Source of the DNA: Octopus bimaculoides
Lineage: Eukaryota
Assembly: GCF_001194135.2 (NCBI RefSeq)
Contig: NC_068982.1
Coordinates: forward strand, 186,182,557-186,246,556
DNA: 64,000 nucleotides
Direction of reading: 5' to 3'
Part shown: positions 24,116 to 34,716 of the stretch, in pieces
Layout: each line of letters opens with the position of its first letter
How positions within the stretch are numbered: the stretch's first letter is position 1
Translations under genes and position numbers: made by a program
The notes under the pieces: generated by a model
What the model saw: only the letters and a program-made list of their open reading frames with translations
Told to the model about the DNA's origin: nothing
Databases searched by the model: none

Positions 24116-24820
24116 NNNNNNNNNNNNNNNNNNNNNNNNNNNNNNNNNNNNNNNNNNNNNNNNNNNNNNNNNNNNNNNNNNNNNNNNNNNNNNNNNNNNN
24201 NNNNNNNNNNNNNNNNNNNNNNNNNNNNNNNNNNNNNNNNNNNNNNNNNNNNNNNNNNNNNNNNNNNNNNNNNNNNNNNNNNNNNNNNNNNNNNNNNNNN
24301 NNNNNNNNNNNNNNNNNNNNNNNNNNNNNNNNNNNNNNNNNNNNNNNNNNNNNNNNNNNNNNNNNNNNNNNNNNNNNNNNNNNNNNNNNNNNNNNNNNNN
24401 NNNNNNNNNNNNNNNNNNNNNNNNNNNNNNNNNNNNNNNNNNNNNNNNNNNNNNNNNNNNNNNNNNNNNNNNNNNNNNNNNNNNNNNNNNNNNNNNNNNN
24501 NNNNNNNNNNNNNNNNNNNNNNNNNNNNNNNNNNNNNNNNNNNNNNNNNNNNNNNNNNNNNNNNNNNNNNNNNNNNNNNNNNNNNNNNNNNNNNNNNNNN
24601 NNNNNNNNNNNNNNNNNNNNNNNNNNNNNNNNNNNNNNNNNNNNNNNNNNNNNNNNNNNNNNNNNNNNNNNNNNNNNNNNNNNNNNNNNNNNNNNNNNNN
24701 NNNNNNNNNNNNNNNNNNNNNNNNNNNNNNNNNNNNNNNNNNNNNNNNNNNNNNNNNNNNNNNNNNNNNNNNNNNNNNNNNNNNNNNNNNNNNNNNNNNN
24801 NNNNNNNNNNNNNNNNNNNN

Positions 24821-25145
24821 TTAACGTCCGCTTTCCATGCTAGCATGGGTTGGACGATTTGACTGAGGACTGGTGAAACCGGATGGCAACACCAGGCTCC
24901 AAATCTAATTTGGCAGAGTTTCTACAGCTGGATGCCCTTCCTAACGCCAACCACTCAGAGAGTGTAGTGGGTGCTTTTACGTGTCACCCGCACGAAAACG
25001 GCCACGCTCGAAATGGTGTCTTTTATGTGCCACCCGCACAAGAGCCAGTCCAGGGGCACTGGCAACGATCTCACTTGGCTTGCCGGGTCTTCTCACGCAC
25101 AGCACATTTCCAAAGGTCTCGGTCAGTAGTCATCGCCTCGGTGAG
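24821..25145 (-). mobile_element. 5'-truncated RTE 3'UTR tail (representative of about 15 copies)
   Basis: tttaacgtccgctttccatgc..ggatgcccttcctaacgccaaccac matches the 3'UTR of 31054-33528. Others near 5745, 7195, 9690, 18505, 23840, 57025, 58632 and 60925. Confidence 0.8.
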
Positions 25146-25808
25146 ATATAATATATATATATATATGCATATATATAATAATACAAATAATATGTGAGTA
25201 TATGCGTATATACGTACATGTATGTACATACCTGCATCTACATGTATATATAGATGCATATCTGGGTACAGGACGTCACAAAAAAAAAACGTGGACAAAA
25301 TGAAAAACGAGAATATAAACAAAGCACAGAAAACACACAGGCCACATAGAGAACATTTCCTTCATCAGCTGCCACCATTCTAAAACTAAGCGTTTCGAAG
25401 AGTTAGGGCAGGACGCATTGTTAGAATGGCTCTTCCCGTGGAAACAAATTAAATTTGTAATGTGGAGGAATGTAGTGGCGAACAGAAAACAAGGCAGGAA
25501 AACAAAACAGTGAAAATAAACAAGGGCTCTATATATATATGTGTGTGTGTATCTTTGTGTCTGTGTTTGTCTCCCACTGCTTGACAACTGGTGCTGGTGG
25601 TTTTACATTGTCATAACTTAGCAGTTCATCAAAATTGACAGATAGAATAAGTAATAGGCTTTAAAATAATAATTACTGGTGTCGATACATTCAACTAAAA
25701 ATTCTTCATGGCAGTGCCCCAGCATGGCCGCAGCCTAATGACTGAAACACATAAAAGATTAAAAAAAAGCTGAAGGATATTCATTTTTCCAGTTCTTCCT
25801 TCATCATT

Positions 25809-25885
25809 TAACCCTAAACCCTAAACCCTAAACACTAAGCCCTGAACCCTAACCCCTAACCCTAAACCCTATCATTAACTCTGAA
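25809..25885 (+). repeat. Interstitial telomere-like (CCCTAAA/CCCTAA)n tract
   Basis: aaccctaaaccctaaaccctaaacactaagccctgaaccctaacccctaaccctaaaccct. Confidence 0.85.
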
Positions 25886-26156
25886 CCTTAAACAATTTTT
25901 TTTACCACAAAATTGTAATCTCCTGTGTTTAAAACATATGTCGTGTTTTTCATTCTTTTACTTGTTTCAGTTGTTAGACTGTGGCCATGCTGGGGCACGA
26001 CCTTAAAGAATTTTAGTTGAATGAATTGATCCCAGTACTTTTTCGTATTTTTTAAGCCTGGTGCCTACTCTATTGGTGTCTTTTGCCAAACTGCTAAGCT
26101 ATGGGATGTAAACACACCAACACTGGTTGTCAAGCAGTGACGGGGGGACAAACACA

Positions 26157-26188
<32 letters not shown>

Positions 26189-27056
26189 GATATGATGAGC
26201 TTCTTTCAGTTTTCATCAACCAAATCCACTCACAAGGCTTTGATTGGCCCAAGGTTATAGTAGAAAAGACACTCGCCGAAGGTGTCATGCAGTGGGACTG
26301 AACCTGGAACCATGTTGTTGGGAAGCAAGCTTCTTACCACACAGTCACTCCTGCGCCTATGTGTGTATATTTCTTTTTAATGTCTACCTTTTTATTCTTG
26401 CATTGGTTTATTAAAACAGAATTTCTATGGCCAGTTGCTCTTCTTCTATTCCTGTGGATCTCAACTGGTGTCCTTGAAGCTCCGTATAAGATTTTATTGT
26501 TAAATTTTTATACGCAATAATCTGGTTATATTTCTTAAATACACAGAATATTTCAGCATTTTTCACACAGGCAGAAAGAGGCCCTGACCTGATTTGGTGG
26601 CTGTTTATTTATATCATGTGGATATTTATGTGTATTTACTTAACAATTTGTTCACTATCACTTGCCTTTTCAATACAGATAGTTTAGTTGATGCTAATGT
26701 AAATAAACCATTAAACAGACTGGATTTGACAGTGAAATAAACTACAAAGAGACTGTATAAGTAGCTATATAATTAGTCATGGACTTCTATTGTTTATTTA
26801 CTCCATGCATAATTAATTTCTATGTAAGCTATTTTGCTACATGTTCCATGCATTTGGTATATTGATTCTTATAAATGGCTAAACCTGTTTTCTTAATGAA
26901 TGTCATGGAAATATAGAGTTCCATTATGACTAAACGATACTTTAAACTTTCAACATTTATTATCTTCCATTTTCCCAACAACTATGGACACCTTTTTGAA
27001 TATCGCATATCTAACACTTGTGAACATGTCTAACATACATTTTTTTTCCCTATATA

Positions 27057-27165
27057 ATCTTATTTTTAGTATATATTTATCTTATTTTTAGTATATATTT
27101 ATCTTATTTTTAGTATATATTTATCTTATTTTTAGTATATATTTTCTTCATTTTTAGTATATATA
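27057..27165 (+). repeat. 22-bp AT-rich tandem repeat, about 5 units
   Basis: atcttatttttagtatatattt units abutting the CR1 tail. Confidence 0.85.
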
Positions 27166-27575
27166 TATAAAACTTAGATAAAACTTAGATAAAACTTAGA
27201 TGGGTTTCGACCAAAGATTGGTCCAGGCCATGTCTAACTTAAAGCACCACCTGATAGGATTATCTAAATCCTTTTTACAGTCAAGTTTGGTCTATGGTCC
27301 ATTCAAGTAGTGAGTTCTTATTGAGTGAGTTGTATCCAGGTATGGGTGGCTTATTTGGTATTCCTTGAAGAAAGCTGTCTAGACTCCGTTTAAAGCTGAT
27401 AGGATCCTTTTCCTCTTTTACCTGTTTCGGGAAAATGTTAAACAGGGCAGGGCCTGTTGCCTTCAATTCGTTTGGTGAGTGCCCTCTGGGGTGATTCAAT
27501 CCTCGAGATGTTTTGTTTTGTATGGGGAGACCACAAGGGGCAGCAGTATTCGAAGTGTGGCCATACAAAGGAGAA
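27165..27575 (-). mobile_element. CR1-like LINE 3' fragment with internal deletion and (ATCTAAGTTTT)3 tail
   Basis: PHFEYCCPLWSPH..IESPQRALTKRI joined directly to GPALFNIFP..FKRSLDSFL..PGY..NSL. Confidence 0.8.
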
Positions 27576-27591
27576 GTTTTTTTTTTTATTC

Positions 27592-29373
27592 AAAAGTCCT
27601 GTGGTGATGGGAAGGTGGTGAAGCATGCAGACCTGACGGGTTGGAAGCATGTAGTCAGCGACCTGCACGTAGGCGGCCCATGCTAGATATAAAGTCGTCT
27701 CCTTGTCGCCCAAGACAGTGGTAGGATTCGGTTGCCTCATGGGTGTCTGAGCAGCTCCATTTGGAGAGGGCACTGCTCACCCGGAGGCCAGAGAGGTTCT
27801 AGAAAAGGTGAACCAAAAATTGCCTGTATTTCCATATCTGGTCAGTTTAGCACAACTGACGGATGTCCACCCTGCACTCGAAAAACAAAGAGTCTTTTAT
27901 TTATCAAATCTGGTCAGAACTTGAACATTTCATGTTGGAATGTGCGCACTCTGTTGCACAACAAGAGTGATTGTAGGCCTGAAAGATGCACTGCACTTGT
28001 TGCTCGTGAGCTGAACCGTTATAAAATTGATATAGCTGCACTCTCAGAGACTCATATAGAAGGCGATGGTCAGCTTGAGGAAGTAGGAGGTGGATACACC
28101 TTTTTTTGGAAAGGAAGGCAGAAGGAGGAGCACAGAGAGGCTGGTGTTGGTTTTGCAGTCCGATCTGATATCCTTAAGAAGTTGGAAGAGCTCCCTGTTC
28201 CTATAAATGAACGTATAATGACGCTACAGTTGCACTTGAAAGGTATGCAGTTTGCTGCTCTAATAAGTGCCTATGCACCTACTTTGACTAGCTGTGATGA
28301 AGATAAAACAATCTTTTATACCCAGCTGAGAGCCATACTTAGAAAAATCCCCAATTCTGATAAAGTCATTCTACTGGGGGATTTTAATGCTAGAGTTGGA
28401 ACAGACTGGCAAACATGGAACTCTCTAGGACGTTTTGGAGCNNNNNNNNNNTTCTGATAAAGTCATTCTACTGGGGGATTTTAATGCTAGAGTTGGAACA
28501 GACTGGCAAACATGGAACTCTCTAGGACGTTTTGGAGCAGGGAAAATGAATAGCAATGGTCTCATGCTACTGGAGCTTTGCGAAGAACATGGACTTTACA
28601 TCGCAAGCACTCATTTTATGCACAAAGGTGATCAAGCAACAACGTTGATGCATCCAAGGTCCAAAGTCTGGCACTTGCTGGATTATGTCACCATCCGCAA
28701 GCACGACATTTGTGACATTTATAATGTCAAGTCCTTCCATGGATCAGAATGCTGGACAGACCACAGTCTGGTGCGAGCAAAGTTCCGAATGGTAATTAGA
28801 GTGAAAGAGAGAAGAGGACCAGTCAGTATTCCTCGCCATCTAAATGTCCACAAGGTATATGATGTTGTGGTTAGGAAAGAACTTCAGACTCGCTTGTCCA
28901 GCATTGAAACTGCTGCAGCATGGGAGGATTTTTGAGACCGGGTTCTACAATGTGCAGCCGAAACCCTGGGATATGTTACTGCCAAACACAGAGGCTGGTT
29001 TGATGAGAATGATGCTGAAGTTCAGCAACTATTGATGGTAAAGCGCCATGTTCACAGTGTATTGCTACACAGAGAACTGTCTACTGTGCAGCGAAGTCTA
29101 GCACTTGCCCACTATAACAGTGTAAAATCACTACTGCAGCGATCTCTCAGGAAGATGCAGAACACTTGGTGGGAGGATCTTGCTCGTGATGTTCAAGCTG
29201 CTGCTGATGCAAATGACAGCAAGAAACTTTACCATCTTATGAAGCGAGCTTATGGACCTAAGAGCTCCACATCAGCTCCATTGCTTTCCAAGGAGTCTTC
29301 CACCCTGTTTACTAAATCAACAGAAATCACAGGTCACTGGATCGAACACTTCTGCTTCTTGCATTTCTGCTTC
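27592..29373 (+). mobile_element. RTE/BovB-like LINE, 5'UTR plus AP endonuclease and linker; the rest is lost in a gap
   Basis: WNVRTL, IAALSET, GYTFFW, GVGFAV, SAYAPT, LGDFNARVG, LLDYV, WTDHSLV, WFDEND motifs. One in-frame TGA at 28933-28935. Confidence 0.93.
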
Positions 29374-30769
29374 NNNNNNNNNNNNNNNNNNNNNNNNNNN
29401 NNNNNNNNNNNNNNNNNNNNNNNNNNNNNNNNNNNNNNNNNNNNNNNNNNNNNNNNNNNNNNNNNNNNNNNNNNNNNNNNNNNNNNNNNNNNNNNNNNNN
29501 NNNNNNNNNNNNNNNNNNNNNNNNNNNNNNNNNNNNNNNNNNNNNNNNNNNNNNNNNNNNNNNNNNNNNNNNNNNNNNNNNNNNNNNNNNNNNNNNNNNN
29601 NNNNNNNNNNNNNNNNNNNNNNNNNNNNNNNNNNNNNNNNNNNNNNNNNNNNNNNNNNNNNNNNNNNNNNNNNNNNNNNNNNNNNNNNNNNNNNNNNNNN
29701 NNNNNNNNNNNNNNNNNNNNNNNNNNNNNNNNNNNNNNNNNNNNNNNNNNNNNNNNNNNNNNNNNNNNNNNNNNNNNNNNNNNNNNNNNNNNNNNNNNNN
29801 NNNNNNNNNNNNNNNNNNNNNNNNNNNNNNNNNNNNNNNNNNNNNNNNNNNNNNNNNNNNNNNNNNNNNNNNNNNNNNNNNNNNNNNNNNNNNNNNNNNN
29901 NNNNNNNNNNNNNNNNNNNNNNNNNNNNNNNNNNNNNNNNNNNNNNNNNNNNNNNNNNNNNNNNNNNNNNNNNNNNNNNNNNNNNNNNNNNNNNNNNNNN
30001 NNNNNNNNNNNNNNNNNNNNNNNNNNNNNNNNNNNNNNNNNNNNNNNNNNNNNNNNNNNNNNNNNNNATACATACATACATACACACACACACATATATA
30101 TATGTATATATGTATGTATGTATATACATACACTTATATATTATATATATATAATGCATACACACACACACATACACACACACACACATGCAAACACACA
30201 CACATGCACATACACATATTCTTTTCTATTCTAGGCACAAGGCCTGAAATTTTATGAGAGGGGACCAGTCGATTAGATCAACTCCAGTATGCAACTGGTC
30301 CTTAATTTATCGACCCCGAAAGGATGAAAGGCAAAGTCAACCTCAGCGGAATTTGAACTCAGAACGCAAAGACAGACGAAATATCACTTAGCATTTCGTC
30401 CAGCGTGCTAACGTTTCTGCCAGCTTGATACACACACACACACACATATATTGTTTGCACGAGGGTTTCAGATATTAGCCCAAGGCCAAAATGTATGAGG
30501 AAAGGGCTAAGTTGGTTACATTGACCCCAGTACTCACTCAGCTGGTACTTATTTTATGGACCCCTAAAAGGATTAAAGGCAAAGTCAACCTCAGCACAAT
30601 TTGAACACAGAATGGAAAGACAGACGAAATACCACTAAGCATATTGTCCGCCATGTTGGCAAATCTATATAAGCTGGTAGCCTTATATAATGTATAAATA
30701 TTGAACTATTTTGATTGATTGTCAGAGTTGAAACGCATTTTTATAATTTCCTTATATGGTAAGTCACTC

Positions 30770-30930
30770 AAACCTGAAACATAAGTAAACTTTAAGAGGG
30801 AAAAAATATCTGTGTAGTTCTCTTGTAAATAGCGCAACTATCAGTTTTGATATAATAAATTTATGCAGAATTTTGACAAAATTAGTCGCCAGTGCAGCGC
30901 TTATTTTCCAGGCAATACCGGGTTTTCTTA
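30770..30930 (+). repeat. Diverged interspersed repeat shared with 34945-35100, possibly a Helitron-like 3' end
   Basis: Shared aactttaagaggg..aaatttatgcagaat..aaattagtcgccagtgcag..ccaggcaa..ccggg. Confidence 0.45.
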
Positions 30931-31053
30931 CAATTTTGCATACACACATATGCACATATCGTCTGGTGGTTTTGACCTGCCGTGAAATGTTCTGCAGTGC
31001 TGTCAGCTCAATATGCTGCAACGCAATTGCATACATGGGTGTGTATATATATG

Positions 31054-32743
31054 GAAGAACTACTATGAAAGACTATTAAATGCAGAGAATAGATGAGAAA
31101 AAGGGAGTCTTCCTGATGTGAACCCGATAGAGGGACCAGCTATCCTAATTGATAGCTGCATGATAGATGAGGTAATTAAAGATATGAAGACAGGGAAGGC
31201 CCCCCCCCCTGGTCTATCAGGAGTCATTACCAATATTCTTTAAGAGAGCTGGCTGAGTTGGATATAGTTTTGCCTCCCATATAATTAATAAGGTTATTCA
31301 GGAAGGCCTAATCCCTAGAGACTGGTGCAGCAGCATCATAGTCAGCTGCTATAATGGCAAAGGAGATCCCTTAGATAGAAATAATTATCAAGACATCAAA
31401 TTGCTGGACCAGAGGATGAAAGCTGCAGGGAAATTTATAGGAACCAAATTAGACTAGATAAAATGCAGTTTCGCTTTCTCCCAGGGAGAAGCACCACCGA
31501 TGCAGGTAACTGCAAGAGAAGTGTTTAGTTAAGAACAAGCTGTTGTACTTGGCTTTTGTTGACCTAGAGCAGGGGTTCCCAGAGTGTGCGGTATTGATCC
31601 CTTGGGAGTGATGGAAATTTCCAAGGGACCACTTAAGAAAAGTGGGGTGATATTGGGGTGACGATTTATGTACAAACAGCAAAATAATGGGTTCGTGAGG
31701 TTAAGTTTTATTTGTGAAATACAGTTGCTTTGAATTTGCTTCAGAAAGAGGTCTATGTTTGTGATAGTTAGTTGGGGTGGGGGCGCTAGGAATGTAGCTT
31801 GGATGTCAAGGGGGCGGCAGCCCGGAAAAGTTTGGGAACCACTGATCTAGAGAAAGCCTTCAACAGAATACATCACTCTGTGATATAATATGGTGGTCAC
31901 CGAGGAAGCAAGGGATAGATGAATGGCTTGTAGAAGCAGTACAGACCATGTACATGGGTACTGTTAGTAAGGTAAGAGTTGGTCATAGGCACAGTGATGA
32001 ATTTAGTGTAGAGGTAGTTGTCAACCAAAGGTCAGTCCTCAGCCCTTTCCTATTCATCAGTGTCCTCCAGACCATAATGGAGGAATTTAAGACTGGAAGC
32101 CCATAGGAACTACTATATGCTGATGATCTTGCCCTCATAGCAGAATCTGTAATAGAATTAGAAAAGAGGTTCCAGATATGGAAACAAAACCTGGAATCAA
32201 TATCAAAGGGACTTAAANNNNNNNNNNNNNNNNNNNNNNNNNNNNNNNNNNNNNNNNNNNNNNNNNNNNNNNNNNNNNNNNNNNNNNNNNNNNNNNNNNN
32301 NNNNNNNNNNNNNNNNNNNNNNNNNNNNNNNNNNNNNNNNNNNNNNNNNNNNNNNNNNNNNNNNNNNNNNNNNNNNNNNNNNNNNNNNNNNNNNNNNNNN
32401 NNNNNNNNNNNNNNNNNNNNNNNNNNNNNNNNNNNNNNNNNNNNNNNNNNNNNNNNNNNNNNNNNNNNNNNNNNNNNNNNNNNNNNNNNNNNNNNNNNNN
32501 NNNNNNNNNNNNNNNNNNNNNNNNNNNNNNNNNNNNNNNNNNNNNNNNNNNNNNNNNNNNNNNNNNNNNNNNNNNNNNNNNNNNNNNNNNNNNNNNNNNN
32601 NNNNNNNNNNNNNNNNNNNNNNNNNNNNNNNNNNNNNNNNNNNNNNNNNNNNNNNNNNNNNNNNNNNNNNNNNNNNATTGCTAGAACAAGAATAGGATGG
32701 AGAAAGTTCAGAGAGCTTTTACTTCCATTGGCAACCAATGGTT

Positions 32744-32789
<46 letters not shown>

Positions 32790-33528
32790 TCTCTGAGTGA
32801 AGGGAAGATTGTATGATGCATGTGTACAAACTGCAATGCTGCATGGTAGTGAGACATGGGCCCTGAATGTAGAGGACATGCCAGGACTCGAGAGGAATGA
32901 AGCTGGTATGCTCCACTGGAAGTGTGATGTCAGTGTGCATGATGTGTGACAGAGCAGTGATGCATTGAGAAAGAAGCTGAGCAGAAGAGGAATTAGATGT
33001 AGTGTGCAAGAGAGAAGACCGTGCTAGGTTGGTCATATGATGTGGATGGATGAGGACAGTTTCATAAAGGAGTGCCAATCACTTGAAGTGAAGGGAATTC
33101 GTGGAAGAGGGAGACCCAGGAAGACAAGGGACGAAGTATTGAAGGCCAATCTCTAAATGCTGAACCTTACGAAGTAGATGAGAGAGGATTGAGATATGTG
33201 GCACATTACTGGACTCGAGAAGACCTGCCCACCACAACAGAACTGAGATCCTGAAACCAAGGTGCCACATGAAAAGCATTGGTGTGGGTGCTGGTGCCAT
33301 GTGAAAAGAATTGGTACTGGTGCCATATAAAATGTACTGGGGATGGGGCCATGGGAAAAGCACCTGGTACATTGTATAGAGTGGTTGGTATTAGGAAGGG
33401 CTTCCAGCTGTAGAAACCAAACCAAAACAGACTTTGGAATTTGGTGTGACGCCTGGCCTTGCAAGTTCCTGTCCAACTGTCCATCTCATGCCAGCATGGA
33501 AAATGAACATTAAATATTGATGATGATA
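31054..33528 (+). mobile_element. Decayed RTE-clade LINE with 3'UTR and (GAT)n tail
   Basis: MKTGKA.., DWCSSIIV, FVDLEKAF (split by a MITE), ELLYADDL, MLHGSETW and RGRPRK motifs. The 3'UTR matches the many short tails elsewhere in the window. Confidence 0.9.
31570..31844. mobile_element. hAT-type MITE (275 bp) inserted in the LINE RT
   Basis: CAGGGGTTCCCA / TGGGAACCACTG TIRs, 8-bp TSD ACCTAGAG / ATCTAGAG. Confidence 0.88.
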
Positions 33529-33661
33529 CACACATACTCATACACATACATGCACATATATACATACACATATGCATACACTCATATACACACACACTCA
33601 TATACATATATGTATGGCGCCATCATGGGCACAGGAACGTTTCATTATATATTCAGTGTAT

Positions 33662-33823
33662 ATCTAGTGTAGCTAGTGGGGTGGTAGGGACGGTCTGCCC
33701 AGGCGGCACTTTTAAAAGGGCACCACTTTTGGGTCTGCTGTAAACAATATGTATTTTTGTGGAGTCCTGGGGCGGCAAACGGAAGTGCCACCCCGGGCGG
33801 CACACACTCTAGCAACGTTAGTG
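33662..33823. mobile_element. Second copy of the CACTAG-TIR MITE
   Basis: Reverse-complement similarity to 23385-23525 (cttttgggtctgctgtaa core). Confidence 0.7.
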
Positions 33824-33921
33824 ATCTCACCCACTGTACTGTAGGTGTTAACGATGTGTAAAAACATTTCTAGAGAGTTTAAGTAAAAAATGTTGTTCAT
33901 TCCAATCTCTATTATTTATTT

Positions 33922-34285
33922 GGAGGCGCAATGGCCCAGTGATTAGGATAGCGGACTCGCGGTCTTAAGATCGCGGTTTCGATTCCCATTGAGCGAAAAC
34001 ACCTATAGCTCCACGAGGCTCCGGCAGAGGTTGGTAGTGAACCCTGCTGTACTCTTTCACCACAACTTTCTCTCACTCTTACTTCCTGTTTCTGTTGTGC
34101 CTGTATTTCAAAAGGGCCAGTCTTGTCACACTTTGTGTCACACTGAATCTCCCCGAGAACTACGTTAAGGGTACACGTGTCTGTGGAGTGCTCAGTCACT
34201 TGCACATTAATTTCACGAGCAGGCTGTTCCGTTGATCGGATCAACTGGAACACTCGTCGTCGTAACCAACGGAGTGCCATCAATT
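33922..34285 (+). mobile_element. Full-length tRNA-derived SINE
   Basis: A box TGGCCCAGTGA 33932, B box GGTTTCGATTCC 33975, about 290-nt tRNA-unrelated body. Confidence 0.8.
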
Positions 34286-34631
34286 TATCTATTTATACAA
34301 ACTCTACGGATACTATGGAATCCTTGATGTATATACAATAGCAGGAGCATTTCCAATGCACAATGACATCCAGTGGATAATAACCGTGGATGCGTTTTGC
34401 ATAGCATACTTTAAGGTTTTTACCTAAACTTCGTTTAACTACACACACGCATATCCACCACATGATGCAGTCCTTGTCATGGTGTGCTAGCTTACGTACC
34501 TCAATAACCCTGAGAGCTACACCAAGCAGAGTGAAAGCCTTTTGTGCTGCGAAGATCAAAGATTAAACAGTAGACTAAAATGGACCACCTCCTCTTTCCA
34601 GAGGTAAATATGGGTTTGTGTTAAAAAGCAG

Positions 34632-34716
34632 GGCGATGGTAAAGAATACGCGCACCCGGTGTTTAGGGTTAGGGTTATGCCGAAAATGGGTGTTGTGCGT
34701 ATTCTTTGCCTCCGCC
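34632..34716. mobile_element. 85-bp MITE with 9-bp TSD and internal telomere-like repeats
   Basis: TIRs GGCGATGGTAAAGAATACGC / GCGTATTCTTTGCCTCCGCC, TSD AAAAAGCAG on both sides, internal TTTAGGGTTAGGG. Confidence 0.85.

Noticed and set aside
27200-27240. GACCA-atctt-TGGTC-GAAAC as a hammerhead
   Set aside because: The CUGANGA core is missing; it is better explained as the 3'UTR stem-loop of the CR1-like LINE.
28355-28538. 87-bp tandem duplication inside the RTE ORF
   Set aside because: Identical copies on either side of a 10-N gap; this is a scaffolding overlap artefact.
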